Part shown: in pieces, positions 52,060 to 64,000 of the stretch
Layout of the letters: the number at the start of each line of letters is the position of its first letter
How positions within the stretch are numbered: the stretch's first letter is position 1
DNA from: Octopus vulgaris
Taxonomy: Eukaryota
DNA length: 64,000 nt
Direction of reading: 5' to 3'
NCBI GenBank assembly: GCA_951406725.2
Contig: OX597827.1
Coordinates: 54,312,001 to 54,376,000, forward strand
The notes under the pieces: model-generated
What the model saw: the letters and a program-made list of their open reading frames with translations, nothing else
Databases searched by the model: none
What the model was told of the DNA's origin: nothing
Position numbers and translations under genes: made by a program

Positions 52060-52505
52060 TCATCATCATCATCGTTTAACATTTGCTTTCCATGGGTTGG
52101 ACGATTTTGACTGAGGGCTGGCGAACCAGATGGCTGCACCAGGCTCCAATCTTGATCTGGCAAAGTTTCTACAGCTGGATGCCCTTCCTAACGCCAACCA
52201 CTCCGAGAGTGTAGTGGGTACTTTTACATGCCACCGGCACGGGGACCAGTCAGGCGGTACTGGCAATGACCTCGCTCGAATCTTTTTACACATGCCACCA
52301 GCACAGGTGCCAGTAAGGCGACGTTGGTAACGATCACTCTTGAATGGTGCCCTTTTATGTGCCACTGGCATGGAAGCCAGTTGGCTGCTCTGGCAACGAT
52401 CATGCTTGGATGGTGCTCTTGGCACCCTACTAGCATGGGCACAAGTGCAAGTTAGGTGATGCTGGTAATGATCACGCTTGAATGGTGCCCTTTAAGTGTC
52501 ACTGA
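52060..52505 (-). mobile_element. RTE 3'-tail-derived short repeat with ~60-bp internal subrepeats. Others: - 1049-1340, 11027-11337, 11605-11810, 28365-28605, 36061-36350; + 25485-25690, 43040-43180
   Basis: Same sequence as the RTE 3' UTR at 51300-51570 (ggttggcgttaggaagggcatccagctgtagaaac..gatgatgat). Confidence 0.85.
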
Positions 52506-53237
52506 CACAGAAAGTATTAATATTTGGCACATAGGCAGAAATCCAACTGAAACCCTGTGGCTGATATGAATTCATAGTACATGAGCTTATAGTTCAAAAC
52601 ATTATACACTTCATTCAACTTTTAAACAAAAACGAAAATGATAAAAGCCTTAATGTAGTTACTATAAACTAGAGCAAATCTTCTGTTAAATCACACTCTA
52701 CTACCTTAAAGCAAAAGAAACATTAAAGAATGTAGAACTAGGTGCATGACTCTTTAAGAATAAGTCTTGAGATACATGGGACCCTAAGGCCTAGATATGT
52801 ATGATGCTCAGTCAGGGACCGCTTGAGATTATTCAACAACTTTTAAAGAAACATGCAAGCATGAACATATACACTCACTATGAAGGAAGCTTGTATGTAT
52901 GTACTTTTAGATACATAAGTACAGTGACCTCTTATTTATCACTGTACTCCTAGACATACAGAAAGATAGAATGATCAAGGCTGGAAGTTCTTTGATGATA
53001 AGTCTACTGAATCAGATTGACATGGAATGAAACAATAATAATAGTTACACTTACAGAAAGAAAACTTAGACTATTCCTATGTAAGAGTAAATTGATCTTA
53101 ACATGTATGAAAATATGAAATAGGATTTACTCTTCTCTATGTTTTATTTGTAATGTGTTAAATGTGAATGCAATTTGAAGAAAGCTATATTTCGGAATGG
53201 AACAGTTACATACCTTTTAAGATCCTTGATTGTATTG

Positions 53238-54236
53238 TCAACAGATTGTGTCATTAAATAAACTGATGGTGCTATTTTTATATATTAGCTTCTCAGATAT
53301 TGTGCAGTTTGAAAGATCTTCATGTTGTACGTATGGTATATTTTCCCAGAGTTTTGAGCATTGAACACAAATATTCCATCTTGATAAACGTTCATACCTA
53401 TGCGAGTAGGAATTCTGGCAACACTTATTCACATCATATTCAATCTTCAAGTATTTGAGTGTTTCTCTTGGGCTGTTTATTAAGGCACCTTCGAATGGTC
53501 TTTTTGTAAGAGGAAATATCCATTCATGTTCTGATATTGTCACTTTTGTGGCTCTTGTAGCATCATAGAAAGACTTTTCATTTGTGTGCCAAAAGAATAT
53601 ATCAAGGTATGGCCACTTGAATGGAATATTCATGCGAATAGGCACTGAAAGTTTTTTATGAAAGTATTTCCACTGAAAATTCGCTGGGGTGAACAGATAA
53701 AAGTCCTTTTGCTTTTTTACACTATTAATTAGGATGTTTTTGTGAGAATGCTCGACATAAATATCTATGTCATCATCCCAAGGTATAAATCCATGGTGGC
53801 GATAAGAGCCAAGAAGAGTCCCGCTTTTCATAAAAAATGTTATATTATTCTGTGAGCAGATATCTATGAAATTTTGGAAAACATAAAGGAAAACTACTTT
53901 TTCTGTATAGGGAAGATAATGGGTAAAAGTCTGTATTATATTATTACTTTTAGGTGTGAGATCAAATGGCTTGAATGAACCAAGATGAGCTTTACTCAAA
54001 TTGATTGTTAATCCACTTTCCTGTAGAATCTTGAATACAGTATAATTAGCTCTGTCCATGTAACATTCTTTCACAATAAGTTCTCCATCTAGAAGGATTT
54101 TGAAACAATTTCCTCTTTCTTCAGTAGGCTCAATTTTCAAAATGTTTGTATTTTTTATATCTGTTCTGTAATACATCATAAATAGAAAAGAGACTAAGGA
54201 GAGCAATATAAAGATATAAGATATCTTTACTGCCAT
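53238..54236 (-). CDS. LicD/fukutin-related family phosphotransferase, type II membrane protein, 332 aa, intronless CDS
   Basis: Uninterrupted ORF from ATG in context caaaATGG; N-terminal TM (ISYIFILLSLVSFLFMMYY); LicD signature GTLLGSYRHHGFIPWDDDIDI; WPYLDIF; IFPLTKRPFEG; AATAAA on - strand at 53143-53148. Confidence 0.93.
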   Translation of the reverse strand: MAVKISYIFILLSLVSFLFMMYYRTDIKNTNILKIEPTEERGNCFKILLDGELIVKECYMDRANYTVFKILQESGLTINLSKAHLGSFKPFDLTPKSNNIIQTFTHYLPYTEKVVFLYVFQNFIDICSQNNITFFMKSGTLLGSYRHHGFIPWDDDIDIYVEHSHKNILINSVKKQKDFYLFTPANFQWKYFHKKLSVPIRMNIPFKWPYLDIFFWHTNEKSFYDATRATKVTISEHEWIFPLTKRPFEGALINSPRETLKYLKIEYDVNKCCQNSYSHRYERLSRWNICVQCSKLWENIPYVQHEDLSNCTISEKLIYKNSTISLFNDTIC

Positions 54237-54829
54237 TTTGTAAAAAATATAATTTATGTTGGACAATTATAAACTCACACACACACATACTATATATGTG
54301 TGTACGTGTGTATGTATGTATGTATGTGTGTGTATGTATATATATATTCATATGAATGTGCTTTTATATGTAAATGTATGTGTAATATATTTTAACGATA
54401 ATGCATAAGTTTGGTCTTGTTTGTATACATACCTTTATCTGTATAAATTTATATTCAAGCTGTATATAGATATGTGTATGTATATTTTATGCATATCTAT
54501 GTTTGTGTGTGTGTGTTTGTGTGTGTGTGTGCATTCCTATGCCTCATAATGTATTATTTGTTCATTAGATTCTGTCAATTAGCTGCTAATCATTGGAGTG
54601 TTTAAATAATGTCTCAATTATTTTGTCAGTTATGTTGAGGGAGAACATCATTCACAGAATCCATAATTGTATCTTTTTTTTTTTTTCAGTATTTTCAACA
54701 CACTGGTAATGTTTCTGAAGATAATTTGGTACAGGATACGTGTGTGCATGTCAATTAGGTTATACTTGTCTGGTATTGACATACAATTATTTTACGGATT
54801 AGTCAGCTAAGGATGGGCTGTGATTGTAG

Positions 54830-55430
54830 CCTATATGGGTCCTCTCAGGGAATCAATATTGCTGATGTAAATGGTTGCCTATAGGAAAACAGAGCCAACA
54901 AAGGACGCACTGGATAATGAAGCTCTTGATGCATCATGCCTGGTTGGAAGTTTTGATATTTGCAGCTGAAACATCTTTGATGATAAGTCTGTTTCATAAT
55001 GATTAAGCAACAAATATAGGAAGAGAATTCTACAAGAGCGTAATTACGAAGAGGAAAGACTGAACAAAGTGTTTCGAGTGGAATCTGGAGTAAAGTGAAA
55101 CGCAGTAATGTTACAAGTGGTAGAGAAGCAGGAACAGGTGACAGGTGTAGCATGCGGTTTACAAATCCTGAGAAACAGAGGCTGTTGTAGTTGTAGTTGA
55201 AGAAACTGAGAGAAGGAACAGCAACATCTATGAGCCAGTCATTGTAGTTGAGTGTGTCTTTGCCAATCAAGTAGTTGGTCCTTTTTGTTATACAGCCTGA
55301 AATGCTTGTGTGTGTGGCAGTGGGATTCTTCCAAATATGTGCGCAGTAGTCTAATATGAGTTGTCCTTAAGCATTGTAGAGGGTTAAAAACTGAGCAGGA
55401 GTGAAACATTTTTGAGAGCTCTGAAAGAAA
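54830..55430 (-). mobile_element. Old CR1/Jockey-group LINE fragment
   Basis: FLTLYNA..LDYCAHIW, DVAVPSLSFFNYNYNSLC, degenerate ORF2 C-terminus. Confidence 0.55.
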
Positions 55431-56781
55431 CCTTTGGGATGCATGAAATCATCATGAAAGTCATCAAAGAATATGAAACTTAGTAATTATAGCGACTTAG
55501 AAGAGTTTAGTTGTGTATTGTTCAAAGTGTAATGCAAGACTGTGTGCTGCGATTGTGTCTTTGCAAGTTGATAAAGATCAGCTTGTCATATCCTTATTGG
55601 AGAACATGAAACAGTGTATGTAATTGTGTGAGGTGTCTAGGATGCATGGAGAAAAAATGATAAAAATTTACTTGCTTTAATTGGATGCTGTCCTAATGCA
55701 CCCATTACACATATAAATTGTCCATCAAAATGATGCAGAAAAGAATAGACGAAACCTTCCTAAAGAATATGAATGATAGAATATGAATTAGTAACTAAAG
55801 ACAGGCATTATAAACTATGCCTAGCTGTTCAACATGAGTTGGTTATTGATTTTCCATTACAATGTTATATGTACAATGTGATTATCATGCTTCTGTGTCG
55901 TGTAAAAGAGGAGGGGAAAAATCAATTACTTAGAAGGATCATGTATTTTTAAGGGGCTTCAATTCACACTACAGCTATTTTGTTTTGTCTCAAGGCAAAG
56001 ATTGGTTCCTCACAGCTCCACATTTTAGGGAGGGAATTGTGGACTATATCAATACCAGTACTCGACTGGTACCTTTTTATTGACCCTGATGTGATGAAAG
56101 GCAAAGTTGACCTGACAAAATTTGAGCTCAGAACATAAAGGTACATGGCTACATGTCCCTATGTATTTTCTCATCTGATGCTGTACCACTCCTACAAATC
56201 CATAACTGCCTCTATGCAAGGAATATTAATTCTTGTTGTTGCTAGGTTATGATTTTCATTTATCTCTTATTTCATCTTTTTTTTTAACGATTGGAAAGAG
56301 CTATGCTCATGGTTATTGCAGGCCTTCAAAGACAGTCTGATGGAGCCATGATGAATCACGGTAATTTTTATTGAATACACTTTTCAGGTTTTCAGATGAC
56401 CCAACCTGAAAACATTTATGGGATGAATCAGCAGAGGAGTCTCTATATGGACACCTGATCAGGTAGAAATATAAACTAAATTGTGATCTTATGTCATATG
56501 GAAAAAATACTGGACGTTGTTGTCACAGATATTTTTTAAAAAATGTTGATATTTGTGGCTGGAATGCTTTTAATTGTTAGTCTGCTCACTCAGGGTTGGA
56601 TTTTGAAACATATCTGGTTTAATATTAGTTGCCTTTAAATACAATTCTCAAGAAAGACTCCAATATTGGTTTCAAATTTTGGCTCACGACCAGCAATTTT
56701 GGGAGAGGGTTTAAATCAATTACATTGACCCCAGTACTCAACTGGTACTTATACTATTGATCCTGATAGGATGAAAGGCAA

Positions 56782-56902
56782 AGTTCTATATTTAAGAGAT
56801 GAGGAATTATGTACATTATTTACATTTGATGGATATTTGCCCACATTTTGTTTGTTGTTAACACAACATTTCAGCTGATATACTCTCCAGCCTTCATCAG
56901 GT
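56782..56902 (-). repeat. Inverted near-identical copy of 58720-58840 inserted inside a SINE
   Basis: 120/121 nt identical to the reverse complement of 58720-58840; interrupts the SINE core between ggcaaagt and ggcatttgaac. Confidence 0.85.
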
Positions 56903-58603
56903 GGCATTTGAACACAGAATGTAAAGGTGAATGAAATGCTGCTAAGCGTTTTGCCTGACATGCTAATGATTCTGCTTGCTCGTAAGAACGACATTGTAGG
57001 ATAGGTGTGAGAGGCTGGATCTGGTTGATTTGAACTTAAAACAGGTAGAATACTTGGGCTAGATATGTCTAGCTTAGACGCTAAAGGGTTAATGGTATGT
57101 ATTTGTTTATTGACTTTAGATGGATGAAGATCTAAATTAACCTTGGTGGGATTTAAATCCAAGGTATTTTGTTTGGTATTCTGTTGATTCTGTCACCCTA
57201 CTACTATTAACTTTCTTTTACTTTGACTGTAGCTATGCTGGGACATCATCTTCAAGAGTTTTAGTTGAAGAAATCAACCCCTGTCTACTACTTATTCTTT
57301 TGGTCTCTTTTGCTGAACTGCTAGGTTATGAGGACATAAACAAACTAACACCTGTTGTCAAGCGGTGCACACACACACACACACACACACACAATGGCGT
57401 TCTTTTAGTGCATCTCTACCAGATCCACTCAGAAGGCTTTTGTACACCTGGGTCTGTAGTAGAAGATATTTGGTCAAGGTGACATGCAGTGGGATTGAAC
57501 CAGAAACCATGTGATTGGGAAGCAGACTTCTTAGCAAACAGCCTTGCAAATAATATCTGCAAATAACTTTACGTTAGTATGGGTTTTGCCCTCCCTACTT
57601 TTTGTACCAGTTTCCTATGCTGAGGTTCCAACAATCTAACCAAAATACCAACATATCTTCCATTCAGTGAACTTTTAACATTGTGTTACTATAGTTTCAA
57701 CTTAAAAACAATTTCGCAATTCCTGACATCTGATCATTCCTTAATTATTTGTTAATGGTAGGTAACACAGTTTTTCTTTGGCTATATATAATGAAATCTA
57801 TACCCTTTAGTGTGGGTCAGATAATTTCTGCGGGTAACATATCTCCTTTCCTTGTTTAAAACTAGTAGTAAATATCTTAGAAATTAGGATTGTAATTGAG
57901 ACGTTAATATTGCTGTACTCTACTTTAGTGTCAGAATGCTTAACTTCTGCTTTTTTTTGCAGTAATTGGTCACACTAAGAAGGATGGACATTTGTAATGT
58001 ATTGTAAATAGTGAAATAATGCTAGCGTTTTCTGAGGGAGGTTCATTTTGTGGTTAGAAATAAGGAAACACCAGATGTTAGCTGTGTAAGCAGAATATGT
58101 ACCATCACCGTAACAATGTTTGCAGATTGTTGTGAATTTAAGTTAATACTTATCTTGAAGCTGATTACAGAATTGAAGATAATCTAAAAAATGGTTTTGG
58201 TGGTGGTAGTGGTGGTCGCAGTGGCTGTTGTTGTTGGTGTTGTCATTCTTCAGAGATAGTTTTTTTGAACTTTTGCTGATGACCTTACAGAACACAACAT
58301 TTATGGCATATATAACTCCATTTAATCTTATCATTTTGTTAGTTTCCTAGCAGATGGCCAGTATGTGTGTGTGTGTGTTTGTGCACATGTGTGTCTGTGT
58401 GTGTGTGTCTGTTGGACTAATTCACATGATGAGACTATTAGCACTTGACATTTAAACACCACTTGTTATTTGCAAGCCATTGTCAGTGCCGTTACACTTG
58501 CTAAAATTGGCAACCAAATCTTCCTCAGATCACACCCTTCTGTCTCAGACAAGCAAAAGATACATTGAATAATAAGCATATGTCCTGAATAATAATAATA
58601 ATG

Positions 58604-58647
<44 letters not shown>

Positions 58648-58667
58648 TATAACAATAACAACAACAA

Positions 58668-58840
58668 CATTGAAAAATACCTTAGGAATGGGAACCCAGG
58701 TTCGAAATTTCCCCAAGATACCTGATGAAGGCTGGAGAGTATATCAGCTGAAATGTTGTGTTAACAACAAACAAAATTTGGGCAAATATCCATCAAATGT
58801 AAATAATGTACATAATTCCTCATCTCTTAAATATAGAACT
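58668..58840 (+). mobile_element. Short Penelope-like element with minimal hammerhead-like motif, after (AAT)n/(AAC)n
   Basis: gatac-CTGATGA-a-ggctg(gagagtatat)cagct-GAAA-tgtt-gtgtt. Confidence 0.6.
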
Positions 58841-60557
58841 GCGTAAACATGTAGTATAAACATTCAAACATCATCACTACAGTTTCAAATCCTGCTGCAT
58901 TTCACTTGGAAGTTTTGGTCCTCCAAATCCGTTTTAGTGTATAAGTCAACCTACCTTGCATTTTGGCTGTAAATTTCAGTTTGAAAAATTTGATTTGCAT
59001 GCCTGAAAATACAGTACTCCTAAAAAAAGATGAGATGTTCAGCTAGAATGCCTGTAATCATTGATCTTATCTGATCAGTCAGAATTGACCTAGGGCTAAA
59101 CTACAACTTGTTTTATTGAGAATATTTCGTTACTAACTTTTATACAAGAGACAATGGCGTCTGGCTGCATTTATATGAACTATTTTGTTGCTGAAGCTGC
59201 TCATTTATTGATAAATTTTAGTCTAGGCTTATTTAATTACTTTAAGAACTGATCATGTATTGATTCCAATTGCTTGGATAATTAATATCGCATGATATTT
59301 GTTCTGTGTTCTATGTTTGCCATTTTGCTTTTGTCACATTTAGTGATTAAGTGCTGGTCATGTGTAATAATAATGATAATAATAGAAAATCTATATTTTT
59401 GTTCTGAGTCCAAATGTTTTGTAACTTTTATGGCTGTAATGTTAGTCCATTTCTGTATTGTATTAAATGTTTTTTTCTAGGCACTGACATGGCTATGTAG
59501 TTAAGTTTTTAGTTTCAAGTTCAGTCACACTGCACAGCACCCTGGACTGACCAATATCTTGTGAGTAAGTTTGATAGATGGAAGCTGTGTGGAAGCCTAG
59601 CTTATATATGTGAGTGTGTGAAAACTAATGTTGGTTGAAAACTGCTTGGGAACTAGTGTTGGTTTGTTTACATCCCCATAATTTAGTAGTCTGGTGGTTT
59701 GGCAAAAGAGACTGATAGAATAAGTACCAGACTTTTAAAAAAATAAATAAATAAATACTGGGGTCAGTTTGTTCTACTAAACCACTTTTGGCAGTGCCCC
59801 AGCATGGCCACGGTCCAATGACTGAAAAAGAAAGAAAGTAAACAAAACTTCTTTTTTTTTAAAACTTTTTTCTGTGTTTATAGCATTCTTCCCCTTCTAA
59901 ACAGATAGTTGATATTTTTATACTCATTTCCTTATATATGGAAAAGTTCCCATCTATTTTTTCATAATTCTAAATTTTGATATTTTTCATTATTCTATTC
60001 CTCTACGAAGGCTTTTTCTCCCCATAAGATAATAATACTACCATTATTGTCCTAAATGCGATTGATGCTAATATTAGATTGCTTTGTTTGCTTTTTGTTG
60101 GTAATAACACTGACTCACTAATTTACATCGAAACTGTAATCAATTTCTGGTTATAGAAACTGTGCTGGTTCTTATTATATTTATTTATTTACCTGTGTTC
60201 TTTTTAGCACTAATGTTCATTGATGTAATATTCCCATTCATTTTCATTCAATTCATGTTTTGATGCATATTATTTTAGTTTTACTTTAAACACATCTGCA
60301 TCTGATATTACTACTGCCATTTAGCAATATTCATAAATAATTGCACTGGCCATTCTGTCGATGTATTTCATCTGTTTCACATTTTCTGAGGTACCTTATA
60401 TGTGTGTGTGTGTGCGCGTGCGCACATGCATGTGTGTATAAGTGTATGGAATGTTTGCTTTATGGTCTGACAATTTTTTTACTAAATATGCTATATTTTA
60501 ATCGGCTATCTATCTATCTATCTAGCTAGCTAGCTAGCTATTATTATAATAATAATA

Positions 60558-60609
<52 letters not shown>

Positions 60610-60621
60610 GGGTTATTATTA

Positions 60622-62103
60622 TGTTTGACTTTTGCTTTGTATTTTGTACAAGTTGGCTCCAAGTCTGACACAGAGACCTCAAGGGACAACAAGTTAAAAG
60701 TTCATGTTGGTGTTATGCCTAGGATGTCATATATTTAGTTTTGTTAAATGTTCTAGAGAATGTTTAAAAAACCATAAGAAAATTATGAGTTTATCTTAAA
60801 ATTTGAGCTTACATAGACAGTATTTTATGTAGGATATGGGCAGTTCCCATGAGCACTATCTTTTGAATTTCTGCCATTTTGGGTTTTCCTGGTATTTGAG
60901 ATAGGTAGCAATCAGCCCCTTTTGCTATCATTCCTAAGGCACCTATGGCAACAGATATTGTTTTAATCTTCAGGTTCCACATTTTGCTAATTTCAATTTC
61001 AAGATCTTTATACTTGCTCAGTTTTTGGTAGGTACTGACAGATACATTTATATCAATTGGGACAGTCATATCAATGAGGAGGCATTGATTTTTGCATGAG
61101 GTCTTTCAATATAATGTCTGGCCTATTTGCATCTATCTTTCTGTCAGTTTGAATGGTGAAGTTCTAGAGGAGTGAGATGTGATCATTTTCAAGCACTGGA
61201 GGTGGTTTGTGTTCCCACCAGTTTTTATCATGGGGTAGGTCCAGGTTTTTGCAAATTACCTAGTGAATATATTGCGCAGCTTTATCATGCCTATTGAGAT
61301 ACTCTGTTGGTGCAAGAAGACTGCACATGGAGACAACATGATCAATGATTTCGTTTTGTTGTTGACATACACGACATGTTGGGTAGCTGCCATTCTTTAA
61401 TATGTTGGCCTGGTAGTTTTTTGTAGGTAGGTATTGATCTCAGGCTGCTATGATAAACCCTTCTGTTTCTGATTTTAAGCCAGAAGCTGTTAACCATGGA
61501 TGGGTAAGGGCTTTGTCAACATTGGCATTATTAGCTCTCTTTGGGTATTTGCCATTGAGAGGTATTTCTTGCCATGTAAGAATATCTAAGGCAGCAGCTT
61601 TAGCACGGGTTTTCATATGCTTAACTTTTTCTGTGCTTGTTTCTAGTACATCTAATTCTGAAATTTGGAATTCACTTATGTATTCCTTTGCTTGTTTTGT
61701 TACTGAGTATGATACTTTCTTGTTTTCATGTTTTGAGACAAGCTTAAACATCCAGTCCTCAGAGTTTTTCAGGTAGGTGTCTAGGCCAATTGTGGAAACC
61801 TTCATTGTTAATCCCAGTTGTAAAATTCCATGACCTCCCTCTTTTCTTGGCAGATAAAGTCATTCTATATCTGCCTTAGGGTGGTGCATTCTATGCATTG
61901 TCAACAATTTTCGTATTTTTCTGTCAAGATTATATATTTCAGTAATTGACCAGTTAATGATATTGAAATTGTAAGTCATGACTGGTATGGCTAAAGTATT
62001 GATTGCTTCGATCCTGTTTCTTCCATCCAGCTCTGTCTTGAGTATTGCTCTTACCTTGCGATAACATTCTTTTCTGATCTTTTCCCTCATCACTGAATAT
62101 TTG
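60622..62103 (-). mobile_element. Dong/R4-clade non-LTR retrotransposon fragment (restriction-like endonuclease) ending in (TAA)n
   Basis: GLKSETEGFIIAA, CRVC..DHVVSMC zinc knuckle, NRPDI, KLSKYKDLEIEI..GALG; 3' end runs into (TAA)n at 60540-60620. Confidence 0.88.
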
Positions 62104-63306
62104 ATCATCATCATCATCATCATCATAATCATCACCATCATCACCATCACCATGATGATGATGATGATGTCAAGCTAGAAGAGCTGTTAGCACACCAGGC
62201 AAAATGCTTAGTGGCATTTTGTCCATCTGCACAATCTGAGTTCAAATTCTGCTGAGGTTGACTTTGCCTTTCATCCTTACATGGTTAATAAATTAAGTAC
62301 CAGTGAAACACTAGTGTCAATGCAAATGACTTAATCCCTTCCCCTAAATTTCAGGCCTTTTACCTTTAGTAGAAAGACTTATTATCATTTGAGTGAGAGA
62401 GTAGTACATGCCATCAAAGTGATACTGGGGTAAAATATGCAAAGCCCAATATACCTATGATGAGTACCCATCTGATAAGGGTACACAAGGTACATGCATC
62501 ACAACCATATGTGCATGACATAGTGATCTCATATCAAGATAAACTGCGCATGGCCTTGCAGGTGGGGCCCAGTTAGAATTTTCTTCAGGTTGAGTAGCCC
62601 ATCCCACTCAAATGGTCCTTGAATAAGGCTTGTTTAATGGTGTTGAATGAAACACCCTTGTTTCCAGAGGTGAATTATTCGAACGCCATTTATATGTATG
62701 AGCAGCACAGTCTGTAGTGAATGTGTCTTTCTATACTTTGTCACAGCCCGCTTCCTTCCATTTTAAGTGTGTCTGTTTATATATATATATATATATATAT
62801 GTGTGTTATGTGTGTATGTGTAAATGCGTGTGTCTGTAATTCTATTTTCTATGCATCTTTCTAAATAAACATACACAAACATATATACACTCACTCAAAT
62901 ATATAAATATACTTTACACCAACACACACACACATACATACACACACACACTAACATTCACATTCCTCCCTTTTACACGCACACACATATACTCACACAG
63001 AGTTGAAGCACTGTTTGATTTTTGTTTCACCTTTGACTTTTCACCATCTCACTTCCATTGGTGGATCAGCCCTTCCTTTCTCATTCATATGTTGTGACGC
63101 AGAAATACACAAGAGTATTATTATAGTAGAAGATACACGGCACTCTGCCACTTCCTCTTTCTCATTGCTGTTTGTTTCTCTCACGCCTTCTCAGTCATGG
63201 CTATTACTCTCACTACTTCTTCACTGAATTACTAATTTTTGTCCTCTCCCTTTACCCTTATTGCATGATTTTGGACAAATATATATATATATATACACAT
63301 ATATAT

Positions 63307-63347
<41 letters not shown>

Positions 63348-63379
63348 CATACACACACACATATATATATATAGATCAG

Positions 63380-63550
63380 TAGCCACTACACACATTTTTT
63401 TCTCTCCTTGTTTCTTTCTGTGTTCCTTTCTGTAGAAGAGCGTAGGCTTGAAACGTAAAAGACTTTTTCAATTCCTGAGCATTATACTAATACATCTGTT
63501 TGTTTTCTACACCACCTGTATTCGTCTTTTGTTTTTTTCATGAACTCTCC

Positions 63551-63553
<3 letters not shown>
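63380..63553 (+). mobile_element. Penelope-type pseudo-LTR fragment between microsatellites
   Basis: gaagagcgtaggcttgaaacgtaaaagacttt; homologous to 21490-21690. Confidence 0.55.
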
Positions 63554-63593
<40 letters not shown>

Positions 63594-63645
63594 TATAAAA
63601 ACACTACACTCATTATAATATAAGATTATTGTTGTTATTATCCAG

Positions 63646-63807
63646 TTGGCCCAGCTAATAGAACTGAGTGATAATCTAAAGGAGAGCGAAATCCATCTAC
63701 CATCCGTTGAAAACAAAAGCATTGTGACTTTTGTTAAAGATGTACATGATGCTACTCAAACTTTAGAATCTGTTGCTAAACATTGGATTGAGGCTTGCAG
63801 AAATGAT
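63646..63807 (+). CDS. Next coding exon of the vinculin/alpha-catenin-like gene (gene continues past the window)
   Basis: tccag|LAQLIELSDNLKESEIHLPSVENKSIVTFVKDVHDATQTLESVAKHWIEACRND|gtaagt; phase 0-0; joined to exon 1 it aligns by eye to the vinculin N-terminal helices. Confidence 0.78.
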
Positions 63808-64000
63808 GTAAGTACAAAGAAGATTTTTCCTTTTCTTTTCAAACTGTTGTGTACATAATTAAATTTACCAAAGAGGAAAAAGAAAATGTTATCCTTGAAA
63901 ACTTTGTCTTTTACATGTTCCAGTTGTCAGACTACAGCCATGCAGGGCACCACCCTAAAGAATTTTAGTTGAATGAATTGACCCCCAGAACTTATAATTT

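Noticed and set aside
53238-54236. Recent horizontal transfer of LicD from bacteria
   Set aside because: Type II TM, sequons, cysteines and AT content fit an animal Golgi enzyme; lack of introns alone is insufficient without a phylogeny.
54237-54266. ORF-track start of the LicD protein at 54266
   Set aside because: That codon is TTG; the first in-frame ATG (54236) has good context and directly precedes the TM segment.
56388-56462. Possible extra + strand exon in the vinculin-like intron
   Set aside because: Weak donor (gtagaa) and TGA stops in the frames read from the inner acceptor.

Overview
AT-rich, repeat-dense animal DNA, most likely an octopus (coleoid cephalopod), judged from my recognition of the SINE/LINE families. 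Three protein-coding units can be supported. (1) The 3' part of a + strand ADAM (meltrin/ADAM12/19-like) protease gene: 8 phase-consistent exons, 292-16961, encoding disintegrin, Cys-rich, EGF, TM and a ~390-aa motif-rich cytoplasmic tail. (2) The 5' end of a + strand gene with a divergent vinculin/alpha-catenin-like N-terminus (exons 46604-46693 and 63646-63807). (3) An intronless LicD/fukutin-family phosphotransferase CDS (53238-54236, - strand) nested antisense in the ~17-kb intron of gene 2. Between genes 1 and 2 lies a weaker candidate spliced non-coding transcript on the - strand, possibly from a bidirectional promoter near 46.3-46.6 kb. The rest is SINEs, LINE fragments (RTE, CR1, Tx1/L1, Dong/R4), a mariner, a Tc1 fragment, hAT and piggyBac MITEs, a U2 snRNA fragment, microsatellites and a 1.4-kb phased A-tract satellite. 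Notable non-genic structure: several small Penelope-derived elements, mostly in (TA)n tracts, with palindromic ends and/or minimal hammerhead-ribozyme motifs. All calls are by eye; no database searches were run.
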